From the NCBI GenBank assembly GCA_963662335.2, contig CAXXVD010000003.1, positions 1 to 64,000 on the forward strand: a stretch of DNA of 64,000 bases, in the 5' to 3' direction. The notes below the pieces were generated by a model that did not search any database, was not told the origin of the DNA, and saw nothing but the letters and a program-made list of their open reading frames with translations. This stretch comes from Chloroflexota bacterium (GTDB lineage: Bacteria; Chloroflexota; UBA11872; VXOZ01). Each line of letters starts with the position of its first letter. The first letter of the stretch is position 1. Position numbers and translations under genes: made by a program. This document shows, one piece after another, positions 20,307 to 30,006 of the stretch.

Positions 20307-20485
20307 CAGGCCTTGTGCCTGCCCGTTACATGTCCATCGCGGATTGCCCACCCCGGTAGCGCAGGTTTGCAACCTGCGACCCGGGCGGATCTCCACCGCG
20401 CGGGCATTGCCTGCGGCACGTATAATGCAGGTAATAAACCGCGAGCGCAGTGGCACACGCCGTACAGAGGGTTGGAAAGCGCGCC

Positions 20486-21259
20486 ATGACGCCGCCACGC
20501 ATGGGCAAAAAGCAGACGGTCATCACCAAACTCTACGCCGCCTGCAAAGCGCGCGGGGACATGACGTTCGACAATGACGAGGTGAAGCGCATCTCCAATG
20601 CAGTCGGCTTCGCCAATCCGTTCGACGCCACCAAGTGGGATAACTCGGCGGCCCTGCCCGCCGCCTTGAAAGCGGACGACGTGTTCGTCGTCCATCTCGG
20701 CCAAGGCCGGCATCAATTCGTGTCCGGCATCGACATTGGGTATCATGCGTTCGAGCCGATACCCGAGCAGCGCCGCTACCAGTGGTACTACCGGCGCAGC
20801 ATGTTGAACAGCATCAACACCAGCGAGAGCAACGTCCTTTCGGTAGGCTATAACCAGCGCATCATCCACGACTTCCTCTATGAGGACATTACCGCCTCGC
20901 CGAAAGTCTACGGCTCCAACCGCACCCACATTCCCTTGGACTACACCATCGGCGCGGACGAAATCACCGTCAGCAGAGTGCAGGTGGAGATTGACTTTAC
21001 CACGGAGTACCTGGGCGAAATAACCGTGTTCGAAGCGAAGAACGGCTTTCCACGGGACTTCAACGTGTTCCAGTTGTTCAATCCGTTTCGCTACTACCTG
21101 CGCGCCACCGAGGACAAGCCGGTGACGTCGATACGTTGCTGCTATTTGCTCCGCAAGAATGAGTATCTGCGGCTATACTTGTATTCATTTGAAGACGCCC
21201 GCAGTCCCGGATCGATTAGACTAGAGCGCAACGCCGAGTACACCCTGGTTGAGCGATGA
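20486..21259 (+). CDS. Putative type II restriction endonuclease (PD-(D/E)XK)
   Basis: QVEID...VFEAK nuclease motif; overlaps the MTase start by 4 bp; start could be 20501. Confidence 0.7.
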   Translation: MTPPRMGKKQTVITKLYAACKARGDMTFDNDEVKRISNAVGFANPFDATKWDNSAALPAALKADDVFVVHLGQGRHQFVSGIDIGYHAFEPIPEQRRYQWYYRRSMLNSINTSESNVLSVGYNQRIIHDFLYEDITASPKVYGSNRTHIPLDYTIGADEITVSRVQVEIDFTTEYLGEITVFEAKNGFPRDFNVFQLFNPFRYYLRATEDKPVTSIRCCYLLRKNEYLRLYLYSFEDARSPGSIRLERNAEYTLVER

Positions 21260-22149
21260 GCACACTGCCGGAACAGTACACGAATCGCATCGTCAACGCC
21301 GACGTCATGGAAACGCTGCGGGATTTACCCGACGGCTGCGTTGACATGATCTACGGCGACCCGGACTACAACGTCGGCATCAGCTACGACGGACAGCGGT
21401 TTACGTCTTCGTGGGACGAGTATGTTGACTGGTACGTGGCGCTGGCCGCTGAGTGCCTGCGCGTGCTGCGGCCCGACGGCAACATGTTCTTCATCAACTA
21501 CCCGAAGCAGAACGCCTACCTGCGCGTGAAGTACCTGGACGACCACGCCCACGCCGTGCATGACTACGTGTGGGTCTACAACACGAACGTCGGCCACAGC
21601 AGCCGCCGCTTCACCACGGCGCACCGCTCGATTTTGCATGCCACAAAATCCAAGCACAACCGCTTCTACAAGGAGCAGGTGGCGCAGCCCTACAAGAACC
21701 CCACCGACCCCCGCATCAAAGAACGCTTGCGGCAGGGGCACAAGGGGCGGATGCCCTATTCGTGGCTGAACTACAATTTGGTCAAGAACGTCTCGCGGCA
21801 GAAGGCCAACCACCCCTGCCAAATCCCCGAGGGGCTTTCGGAACTGCTCATCAAGTCGTGCACGGCGCCCGGCGATGCGGTGTTCGTGCTCTTCGGCGGC
21901 AGCGGCTCCGAGGTGGTGCAAGCGCAAAACCTCGGCCGCGTCTACCTCACCTGCGAGGTCCAGGAGCAGTACTGCACGCTCATCGAAAGCCGCCTGCGCA
22001 ACAACGGCGAAATCCAAGAGGAATACCGCCATCCGGTCCAACGCAAGCGCCAACCCCCTCCTGTGCCGCAAGCCGCCGACGCCGATGAAATGCAGCGGCG
22101 GTTGCTAGAGCGGCAGGAACGTTATCGCGTTGCAAAACCTACGCGGTAG
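21256..22149 (+). CDS. Site-specific DNA methyltransferase (N4-C/N6-A, beta class)
   Basis: Motif IV variant DPDY, HPCQIP, motif I FGGSGS. Confidence 0.9.
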   Translation: MSTLPEQYTNRIVNADVMETLRDLPDGCVDMIYGDPDYNVGISYDGQRFTSSWDEYVDWYVALAAECLRVLRPDGNMFFINYPKQNAYLRVKYLDDHAHAVHDYVWVYNTNVGHSSRRFTTAHRSILHATKSKHNRFYKEQVAQPYKNPTDPRIKERLRQGHKGRMPYSWLNYNLVKNVSRQKANHPCQIPEGLSELLIKSCTAPGDAVFVLFGGSGSEVVQAQNLGRVYLTCEVQEQYCTLIESRLRNNGEIQEEYRHPVQRKRQPPPVPQAADADEMQRRLLERQERYRVAKPTR

Positions 22150-22248
22150 CGGCACACTCTAAACATGTCGTCGGCTAGGCATTTCAACGATTGTGGCAGC
22201 CTCTTGCCTGACCCGACGAATAAGCGTCAAATCACTTAGGCACGCACG

Positions 22249-23505
22249 ATGAACTACTCGCGCATTGCAATAACAGGAATCGGAGCGGTGTGTCCCTTGG
22301 GGGGCAACGTAGCGGAGTCGTGGGAGAATCTCTGCGCGGGGGTATCCGGCGTGGGGCCTACGGCGCGGTACGATGCGGCGGACTTTCCCGTGCAGATCTC
22401 CGGCGAGGTGGACGGGTTCGAGCCGAACGCGGTTTTCAAGGGGCTGCCGCGCCGCATCTACAACGACGCGCGCCGCCAGGACCGCACGCACCAGTACGCC
22501 TTGGCCGCCGCTTTGGAAGCCATCGCGCACGCCGGTCTGCCGCTGCCGTTGCCGGAAGAGTTGCAATTCCGTTGCGGCGTGCTTTCCGGTAACAGCATGG
22601 GCGGCGCCGGCTCGGTGGAGCAGGCCTCGCAGCGCACGGGCCGGGGCGAGATCGACTCCATGCTGCCCAGCGAGGTGCTGCGCATCATGCCCAATGCCGC
22701 CACCGCGCTGATTGCGGCGGCGTTTCGCGCGCGCGGCCCCAACTTTACGCCCGCCGTGGCCTGCGCCACCGGCACGATTGCCACCGGCGAGGCGATGTGG
22801 ATGCTGCACACCGGCCGCGCGGACGTGATGGTGGCCTGCGGCTCCGACGGCGTGGTGGTGCCCACGGTGACGGCGGTGTTCGCGGCGCGCGGAGGGCCCA
22901 TGAGCCGCCGCAACGACGACCCGCAACACGCCAGCCGCCCGGCGGATATCGACCGCGACGGCTTCGTGATCGGCGAAGGCGGCGGCGCGCTAATCCTGGA
23001 ACGCGAGGCCGACGCCAAGGCCCGCGGCGCGCGCATCCTGGCCTACCTGGTGGGCTACGGCTGCACCAACGGCACCGGCGGCCGCACCGAACCCGACGGC
23101 GACGGCCAGGTGCAAACCATGAAGATCGCCCTGGAAATGGCCGGCCTGAGCGCCACGGACATCGACGCCATCAACCCCCACATGACCTCCACCGTAATCG
23201 GCGACCGGGTGGAAGCCGCCGCCCTGCGCGAGATGTTCGGCGATAAACCCTACGTCTCGGCCACCAAGTCCAGCACCGGCCACATGCTCTCCGCCGCGGG
23301 CGCGTTCGAGGCCGTGGCCTGCGTGAAGATGCTGGCGGAGCAACGGGTGCCCGCCACTATCAACACCGAAACCATCGACCCGGACTGCGCCGGCGTCAAC
23401 TACGTGCTCGGCAAGACCATCAGCGCGCCGCTGGAGTTCGCGCTCTCCAACTCCTTCGGCTTCGGCGACCATAACGCGACGCTCGTCTTCCAACGGGCGG
23501 ATTGA
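22249..23505 (+). CDS. fabF: Beta-ketoacyl-ACP synthase II
   Basis: ACATG (Cys), RDGFVIGEG, HMTST, TKSSTGHML, SNSFGFG. Confidence 0.88.
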   Translation: MNYSRIAITGIGAVCPLGGNVAESWENLCAGVSGVGPTARYDAADFPVQISGEVDGFEPNAVFKGLPRRIYNDARRQDRTHQYALAAALEAIAHAGLPLPLPEELQFRCGVLSGNSMGGAGSVEQASQRTGRGEIDSMLPSEVLRIMPNAATALIAAAFRARGPNFTPAVACATGTIATGEAMWMLHTGRADVMVACGSDGVVVPTVTAVFAARGGPMSRRNDDPQHASRPADIDRDGFVIGEGGGALILEREADAKARGARILAYLVGYGCTNGTGGRTEPDGDGQVQTMKIALEMAGLSATDIDAINPHMTSTVIGDRVEAAALREMFGDKPYVSATKSSTGHMLSAAGAFEAVACVKMLAEQRVPATINTETIDPDCAGVNYVLGKTISAPLEFALSNSFGFGDHNATLVFQRAD

Positions 23506-23550
23506 GGGCATAATCGCCCGCAACTGGTCAGGCTTACTGCGCCACGCTGT

Positions 23551-23754
23551 CTATTCCTGCTTCTCGGCGCCAACGGGCGGAAAGTGCTTTCTGGCGATCG
23601 CCAGCATCTTGTCCGCTACTTTCTCCCCAAAGGCGCCTGGCTCCTCAAACTCCTCCTTCTTGGGGCCTATCGGAATGTCCGGTAGCACGTCTCTTTCGCG
23701 CTTGCGCGTATCGCGCTGAGGTGCAGGCCGCCCCGCTTTCGGTCGGTTGGTCAT
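23551..23754 (-). CDS. Small hypothetical protein coupled to the Ntn-hydrolase gene
   Basis: ATGA overlap with the upstream gene, GAAGGAG RBS. Confidence 0.55.
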   Translation of the reverse strand: MTNRPKAGRPAPQRDTRKRERDVLPDIPIGPKKEEFEEPGAFGEKVADKMLAIARKHFPPVGAEKQE

Positions 23755-25127
23755 CTGACGGTCTCCTTCGTCTGCTCTATTCCAGGCCCACTGTTCCCGT
23801 CGATTACTTCTCTACCCTCAGACTGAAAGTAGTGCGGGTTCAGTTCCCGATCAAAGTAGTGTTTCCGCTGTATCCAAACTAGGCCGTCCCCCTTTGAAAT
23901 CAACATTACATCAATCGGGCCACCCACAGTTTCCTGTTCTCCTGACACTCTTCTCTTGAACGATTGCAGATTTACCAATGCCTCCGCAACCGCGGGAAGT
24001 TCACTCTTAGGCATGCTTGCTATAGTGGTTACGACAGGATCTACATACCTGGTACGCTTAATGTTGTTGAACTCTTCGTTAAACACTTCAAACACATCTT
24101 CTGACGCCCTTGCAGCGCCTTGTATGAAGCGTTCCTTCTCTTGCTCAGTCACCCACTGGATGCTGTTGACAAATGTACTGGGAAACTCATCTAGAAGTTT
24201 TCTAACAGCCCGTAGCATATCAACCCAGTAATCCGGTTCGATCCCTTCCATGAACGAGCGCACCATCTCGTCTTGCGCATATGGTATAACCGTAGCTCCT
24301 GAAGTGGCGCTTATCTCATCGGACTTGCCTTTATCGTGCTTGTATTTCAGCTTTCCCCCAGAAATACCTGAGATGATCAGGGACTGAACAGCGGGGAACA
24401 CCTGGTCCGCCCCAAAGCCAGCGATAACGACACCCGTCTCTCCGAGAGAAAATGGCAAGTCTGCGTACTTGGATAGAACCCAGCCTGCAAGGCGCGTGAG
24501 TTTTCTCGACGTAGTAGCTGTAAGGGGCGCGCCAAGCGCAGATTCCTTTGTCTCGCGGATGGTCTTTCGATACTGCTTCCTTAGGCTGTCAGCATTAGCC
24601 GCACCCATCGTGTTCGCGTACTTGGCAGCCCTCCAAAGCTGATGGTGCCGATCAATTACTGCTTGCGCAGCGTCTCCAAAGAGTTCTGAAGTCTCTTGCG
24701 GTGTCGGCATCGGTTCTTCTTGCAGTTTCTGCCTAAACAGTGCGCCGAACTCTACCTCTATCTCCTGTTGCAGCCGCCCGTAATATGTGCTCAGAGTGCG
24801 TCTGACATACGCCTCTTGGTTGTCTTCCGACGCCAAAGCATGTTCGCTTTGAACAAAGCTAATGAAGTCACTTGCATACTCTTCGACTGTTGAATAAGCG
24901 TTTCCAGCTAGCCGGGCCCGGTAGAGCTTTATCACAGTCTCCCACGGTACTGTCATAAAGTCGGAATTCCCATAGATCATAACCCCGATCGGTTGATGCC
25001 TGGAGAGCGCAAATAGCTTGTTCGCAGATGCATATACTCTCGGCGCGCCGCCCAATGATATAGTTACCGCGCTATCGGCAGCCAAGGCAACTGCTTCTCT
25101 ATTCATGATTGCAATCTCGGCGGTCAT
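23751..25127 (-). CDS. Proteasome-beta/HslV-like Ntn hydrolase with large insertion
   Basis: Starts M-T; AADS with D17, NKLF, IYG; C-terminal TVGGPIDV; GAGG RBS; lower GC than flanks. Confidence 0.7.
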   Translation of the reverse strand: MTAEIAIMNREAVALAADSAVTISLGGAPRVYASANKLFALSRHQPIGVMIYGNSDFMTVPWETVIKLYRARLAGNAYSTVEEYASDFISFVQSEHALASEDNQEAYVRRTLSTYYGRLQQEIEVEFGALFRQKLQEEPMPTPQETSELFGDAAQAVIDRHHQLWRAAKYANTMGAANADSLRKQYRKTIRETKESALGAPLTATTSRKLTRLAGWVLSKYADLPFSLGETGVVIAGFGADQVFPAVQSLIISGISGGKLKYKHDKGKSDEISATSGATVIPYAQDEMVRSFMEGIEPDYWVDMLRAVRKLLDEFPSTFVNSIQWVTEQEKERFIQGAARASEDVFEVFNEEFNNIKRTRYVDPVVTTIASMPKSELPAVAEALVNLQSFKRRVSGEQETVGGPIDVMLISKGDGLVWIQRKHYFDRELNPHYFQSEGREVIDGNSGPGIEQTKETVR

Positions 25128-25274
25128 GGCACTGCCTCACGTACAACTGTCATGAATTTCTCACTCAAAGAAGACAATCAGCACTACCTCAATGATACTC
25201 GAATGGTAGTACAATGCTAAACACCTTACAAGGCTTCTCCACTCATGTGGCGCATCCCAAGGATAAAGTCAGGC

Positions 25275-26486
25275 ATGAGTAGCACTATGGAACCAACATC
25301 GAACACGCCGTACAACCTGGTCATCCACGCCGGACGGGTTATTTGTCCCGCGAACGGATTGGACGGACCCGGCGCGGTGGCGGTGCGCGGCGAGCGCATT
25401 GCGGCGGTACTGGATGCGGCGGAGAGCGCGGCGCTGCCGCCGGATGCGGCGCGGCAGACGCTCTCGTTTCCCGACGGCATCCTGCTGCCCGGCCTGGTGG
25501 ACGCCCACGCGCATCCGGCGCTTGCCGGCTCCAAGTACGGCATCGACCCCGACGCGCATATACTGCCGTTCGGCTCCACCACGCTGCTGTCGCAAGGCGA
25601 CGCCGGCGCGCGCAACTGGGCGCGCTACAAGGCGGAGACCATTGGCGGCAGCCGCGCGCGGATACGCATGGCGCTCAACCTCTCGGCCTCCGGCGAGGCG
25701 AACGAGGAAGGCTGCTTTGCCGACCTTGCCGACGCCGACGTGGACGCCTGCGCGCAGACGCTCGCGCGGGACCCGGCGCTCATCTGGGGCATTGCCTTAA
25801 ACGTCGGCCCCGGCAACTGCGGCGAGAACGACCCCCGCGAAATCATGGCGCGGGCGCTTGCGGCAGCCGACCGCACCGGCAAACCCCTGCTCGTCGGCCA
25901 ACGCCGCCACGACGATTGGTCGCTGGCGGAGCAGTTCGACCTGCTGCGCCCCGGCGACGTGGTGACCTACTGCTTTCACGCGCGGGCGGGAAGCATTGTG
26001 GCAAATGGCCGCGTGCTCGACTGCGTGTGGGCCGCCCGCGAGCGGGGGATTCTCTTCGATCTCGGCCACGGCATGGATTCGTTCAACTTCGACGTGGCCG
26101 CGATTGCAATCGGGGAGGGCTTTCTGCCGGATACGATTTCCAGCGACGTCTACGCCCGTCACGTGGATAGCCGGCCGCGCCACCACCTGCCGCTGGTGAT
26201 GTCAAAGCTCCGCGCCGCCGGCATGAGCGAGGCCGACATCTGGCCGCGCGTAACCGGCCGCCCCGCCGCGCTGCTCGGTTTGCAGAATGAAATCGGCGCG
26301 CTAACGCCGGGCGCGTGCGCCGACCTCGCCATCCTCCGTTGGCACGACGAGCCGCGCGCCCTCAGCGACGCCGCCGGCAACGAACGCCACGGCGGCGTGT
26401 GGGAACCGGCGCTCACCGTCCGCGGCGGCGAGGTCATCGCAGGCGGCGAACTCGTCCCAAGCGGCAAACTCGTCCCAGGCGGCTGA
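25275..26486 (+). CDS. Metal-dependent amidohydrolase (dihydroorotase/deacetylase-like)
   Basis: PGLVDAHAH, FDLGHG, PDTISSD, GACADL. Confidence 0.85.
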   Translation: MSSTMEPTSNTPYNLVIHAGRVICPANGLDGPGAVAVRGERIAAVLDAAESAALPPDAARQTLSFPDGILLPGLVDAHAHPALAGSKYGIDPDAHILPFGSTTLLSQGDAGARNWARYKAETIGGSRARIRMALNLSASGEANEEGCFADLADADVDACAQTLARDPALIWGIALNVGPGNCGENDPREIMARALAAADRTGKPLLVGQRRHDDWSLAEQFDLLRPGDVVTYCFHARAGSIVANGRVLDCVWAARERGILFDLGHGMDSFNFDVAAIAIGEGFLPDTISSDVYARHVDSRPRHHLPLVMSKLRAAGMSEADIWPRVTGRPAALLGLQNEIGALTPGACADLAILRWHDEPRALSDAAGNERHGGVWEPALTVRGGEVIAGGELVPSGKLVPGG

Positions 26487-26615
26487 GTTTCCGCCAGCAA
26501 CGGTACCTTGCTCGTCATTCCCGCGAAAGCGGGAATCCATCTTCGCCGCGCACGCAGTGGATTCCCGCGTTCGCGGGAATGACGGAGGTTGGTCGTCTTC
26601 GCCCGCTGCGCGCGT

Positions 26616-27380
26616 TTACACCCCGGCTTGGACCCAGGCGCAGAAGCGGCGGTCGAGGAACTCGATGACGGCGTAGAGGCTCAGGCCCAGGGCGGCCATG
26701 GCCACGATGCCGGCGTACATGGCGGGATAGTCCACGCGGCCCCACGACTGCACGATGATGAAGTAGCCCAGCCCGTTGTGGGTGGCAAAGGTCTCCGTGA
26801 AGAAGAGCACCGCGATGGCCGTGCCGCTGGTAATGCGCAGCGCGCTGAGGATTGATGGGAGCACCGCCGGAAAATAGACGTAGCGCAGCAGGTGGCGGCG
26901 GCGCGCGCCCAGCGAACGCACCGAGAGGATGAGCTCCGGCCGCACGGCGTAGGCGGCGTCGCGCGTGAGCACGAGTATCTGAAAGTAGAGAATGAGGCTG
27001 ATGATGAAGATCTTGGAGGCCTCGCCCACCCCCAGGAACAACATGATGATGGGCAGCAGCACGATCTTGGGCACCGGATAGACCAGGTAGATGAGCGGGC
27101 TGGCTATGCGGTCGATCAGGGGCGCTTGGCCCACCGCCATGCCCGCCGGCGCGGCCAACAGCACGGCGATGATGATGCTCAACACCACGCGGTAGGCGCT
27201 GATGAGCACGTGCTCCCACAGGCCGTCCGCCCACGCCCGGCCGAACGCCTGCGCCACCGCCCACGGCGTCGGCAGAATCGGGTCCCGGATCAACAAGGCC
27301 GCTAGCGCCCATACCCCCACCAGCGCGACCACGGCGGCAAGCACGAACGGCGGCGTAACGCGGGAACGGGTGGCAACCAT
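26616..27380 (-). CDS. ABC transporter permease (NitT/TauT type)
   Basis: YPVPKIVLLP, SVRSLGA, LPSILSALRI, GLGY. Confidence 0.88.
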   Translation of the reverse strand: MVATRSRVTPPFVLAAVVALVGVWALAALLIRDPILPTPWAVAQAFGRAWADGLWEHVLISAYRVVLSIIIAVLLAAPAGMAVGQAPLIDRIASPLIYLVYPVPKIVLLPIIMLFLGVGEASKIFIISLILYFQILVLTRDAAYAVRPELILSVRSLGARRRHLLRYVYFPAVLPSILSALRITSGTAIAVLFFTETFATHNGLGYFIIVQSWGRVDYPAMYAGIVAMAALGLSLYAVIEFLDRRFCAWVQAGV

Positions 27381-27448
27381 GGCGGCTTTCTACCGCCTGG
27401 CCGTCATTGAATGGCGCCGGCATTGCCGCGCTGCTTCGTCACCTACTC

Positions 27449-27820
27449 TCATTCGGAAGACTCTTGGTCGGCTTCTCTAGCGTCTGCGTGCACTTGCACC
27501 AAACGTGGTTTCAGCGCGGGCATTTCCGTTGTAGCAACCTGCCAAACCTGTTCCACGATTATTCCAAAGTACCTGTGAACGAGCACGTCCCGCAAGCCGG
27601 TTATCCTCTGCCAAGGAATATCAGGGTAGCGCGCACGCAATGACCTGGGAACATGCTTGGCCGCCTCGCCGAAAATCTCCACACGGCGGAACACTGCGTC
27701 CTGCAGCATGATGTTCACCTCAAACTCGTCTGCGGTCACCCCTGCGCAGTATTCCTGTGCTCTTTCAATGCACTCCAGCATATCTTGCACGTACACGGCG
27801 ACTGAGCGGTCTTTACTCAT
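27449..27820 (-). CDS. DUF86/HepT-like HEPN toxin
   Basis: GEAAK, IPW, RDVLVHRY (RX4HXY). Confidence 0.92.
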   Translation of the reverse strand: MSKDRSVAVYVQDMLECIERAQEYCAGVTADEFEVNIMLQDAVFRRVEIFGEAAKHVPRSLRARYPDIPWQRITGLRDVLVHRYFGIIVEQVWQVATTEMPALKPRLVQVHADAREADQESSE

Positions 27821-28491
27821 GTGATCCGTACCTCTTCACCCAGAATTCTGTCGTGCAGTGCTGGCTTGATTGCATCGTATTGAACGAGATCAACGGGCCG
27901 TCCCAAGACGTCCTGCAGATCAAGCTTGACGCCAATGAAATCGAGCAGGCTCGCCCGCTCATACATCTCTACGAGAATGTCCACGTCGCTCTCCGGCCCG
28001 GCCTCGCCGCGCACAACCGACCCAAAGAGACCGGCGCGCGTGATGCCGTGCCGTTGCAGCACGGGCAGGATTTTCTCCCGGATCTCCGCCACGGTGGTTG
28101 TCTGTGCGTCAACGCCTTCAGTTTCCGTCAGTTGCCTTGTCTCTGACACCGGCGCGTCGCTATCCGCGGAAGTATCTACTGCGGGAGCGCTCCCTCTTTC
28201 CCGCATCTCCGCTCGCACCTCCGCGACCGCCTGGGCGACTTCACGCTCGATCTCCTCTTCCGGCGCCTCTTTGAAAGGCTCTCTCAGCTTCGCAAGCAGG
28301 CTAAGCCGCGCCTCCCGCTCCGCCTCCGACCTCTCCAGATGCGCAAGGTCTTCCGGCGAAATGACGGCGGCCACAGGAATGCCGCTGCGCTCGATAACCA
28401 CACGGGTTTGCCCGGCGTAGACCTCGTTTAGCAGCCCGCTCAACTGTTGCCGCGCCTCTGATGCCTTCACCTTGCGGCGGCGTGCAGACAT
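27817..28491 (-). CDS. Phd/YefM antitoxin domain fused to MntA-like minimal nucleotidyltransferase
   Basis: N-terminal ASEARQQLSGLLNEV...VVIERSGIPVAAVIS; C-terminal LFGSVVRGEAGPESDVDILVE; AGGAGG RBS. Confidence 0.85.
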   Translation of the reverse strand: MSARRRKVKASEARQQLSGLLNEVYAGQTRVVIERSGIPVAAVISPEDLAHLERSEAEREARLSLLAKLREPFKEAPEEEIEREVAQAVAEVRAEMRERGSAPAVDTSADSDAPVSETRQLTETEGVDAQTTTVAEIREKILPVLQRHGITRAGLFGSVVRGEAGPESDVDILVEMYERASLLDFIGVKLDLQDVLGRPVDLVQYDAIKPALHDRILGEEVRIT

Positions 28492-28504
28492 GAGTTACCT
28501 CCTA

Positions 28505-28542
28505 TACGTACTACTACGTACAATGTACTACATACATGTACG
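28505..28542. promoter_or_regulatory. Putative TA operator with GTAC palindromic cores
   Basis: TACGTACTACTACGTACAATGTACTACATACATGTACG immediately upstream of the RBS. Confidence 0.5.
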
Positions 28543-28587
28543 CTCCGCAAAGCAGTTTGTAGTGCAATGCTCTTGCCGAGGAGTTCC

Positions 28588-30006
28588 CTATTCGCCAAAC
28601 AACTCGGAATTTCGCGCCGCGAACTCCTGCGCCAGCGCGGCGGCGGTTTCCTTGTCGTCCTGGGCCAGGTCGCCTTCGATTACCAGGTTGAGGAGATGCT
28701 CTTTCACCGGCGTAATCCAGTAGGGTGGCCCCGGGCCGCGGTTGAACAGGGCCATCAATTCGTCGCCGTCCAGCGGGCTTTTCAGTTGCGCCACGTCCTC
28801 TTGGGCCTGGAGTTCGCGGCAGCGGGCTTCCAGGTGGTTCACGCGGGCCACGCCGGCCTCCACGCGGGAGCGGCGGTAGCTGGTGATGTCGGCGCGGGAG
28901 AGGGCGAAGAGGTCGTCGGTGATGCCATCGGTCTCGCGCAGGAAGCGGCGCACGGCGCCGTCGGTCCACTCCGGCGTGTAGAGATTGGGGCGCAGGTGCT
29001 CGGACACCAGGCGCCGGATGCGCTCGGCGCTGTCGCTATCGAAGCGCAGGCGCTTGAGAATGCGCCGCGCCATGCGCGCGCCCACGATTTCGTGCCGGAA
29101 GAAGTGCACCTTGCCGTCCTGCACGGTCTTGGTCCGCGGCTTGCCCACGTCGTGCAGCAGCGCCGCCCAGCGCAGCACCGGCGCGGCGGGCACGTTCTCC
29201 ACCACCTTGAGCGTATGGCCGAACACGTCCTTGTGCCGGCGGTCGTCCTGCGTGGCGCCGCGCAGCGGCAGCAGTTCCGGCAGCGTATAGTCCGCCAGGC
29301 CGGTATCGCAGAGGACTTCCAAGCCGAGCGCCGGGCGGTCCGACACGAGCATGCGGGTCATTTCGGCGGCGATGCGCTCGGCGCTCACGTGCCGCAGCGC
29401 GCCGGCCTGGCGGCGCATGGCCTCGCGCGTCGCGGCATCGATGCGGAAGCCGAGTTCCGCCGCGAAGCGCACGGCGCGCAACATGCGCAGCGGGTCTTCC
29501 GCAAAGCGCTCCGCCGGCTCGCCCACGGCGCGGATGAGGCCCCGCTGCAAGTCCTGCAACCCGTGAAAAGGATCGAGCATCGCGCCGGTGGACGGTTCCT
29601 GGGCAATGGCGTTGATGGTAAAGTCGCGGCGGGAGAGGTCGTCTGCCAGGTTCGTGCCAAAGCTGACGGCGGGCTTGCGGCTGGCATGGGCGTACTCTTC
29701 GCTGCGGTACGTGGTGATCTCCACCGTCCACTCGCCAAAGGTGGCGCCAATAGTGCCGAACTTCTCGCCCACGTCATAGCGGGAATCCGGCTTGGCCTGC
29801 GCCAGCAGGCGCTTGATGACCGGCGGATGGGCGTCGGTTGCCAGGTCCAGGTCGTGGCTGGGGCGGTGCAAGAGCGCGTCGCGCACCGAGCCGCCGACCA
29901 GGTAGAGTTCGTGCCCCGCCTGGGCAAACTGCGCCGCCAACGCGCGCAATATCGGCGCCGCCACCAGATTCTGCACCACGCTTGTGCCGCGATCGCTCAC
30001 TGCCAC
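28588..30006 (-). CDS. cca: CCA tRNA nucleotidyltransferase with HD domain
   Basis: LVGGSVRD, DLDLAT, RRDFTINA, EDPLRMLRAVRF, LLHDVGKP. Confidence 0.92.
   Translation of the reverse strand: MAVSDRGTSVVQNLVAAPILRALAAQFAQAGHELYLVGGSVRDALLHRPSHDLDLATDAHPPVIKRLLAQAKPDSRYDVGEKFGTIGATFGEWTVEITTYRSEEYAHASRKPAVSFGTNLADDLSRRDFTINAIAQEPSTGAMLDPFHGLQDLQRGLIRAVGEPAERFAEDPLRMLRAVRFAAELGFRIDAATREAMRRQAGALRHVSAERIAAEMTRMLVSDRPALGLEVLCDTGLADYTLPELLPLRGATQDDRRHKDVFGHTLKVVENVPAAPVLRWAALLHDVGKPRTKTVQDGKVHFFRHEIVGARMARRILKRLRFDSDSAERIRRLVSEHLRPNLYTPEWTDGAVRRFLRETDGITDDLFALSRADITSYRRSRVEAGVARVNHLEARCRELQAQEDVAQLKSPLDGDELMALFNRGPGPPYWITPVKEHLLNLVIEGDLAQDDKETAAALAQEFAARNSELFGE

Noticed and set aside
22169-22220. 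Riboswitch upstream of fabF
   Set aside because: Only an imperfect hairpin (TCGTCGG..TAGGCA / TGCCTG..CCGACGA); no known aptamer consensus recognised
22249-23505. Polyketide or secondary-metabolite cluster around fabF
   Set aside because: No ACP, chain-length factor or tailoring genes adjacent
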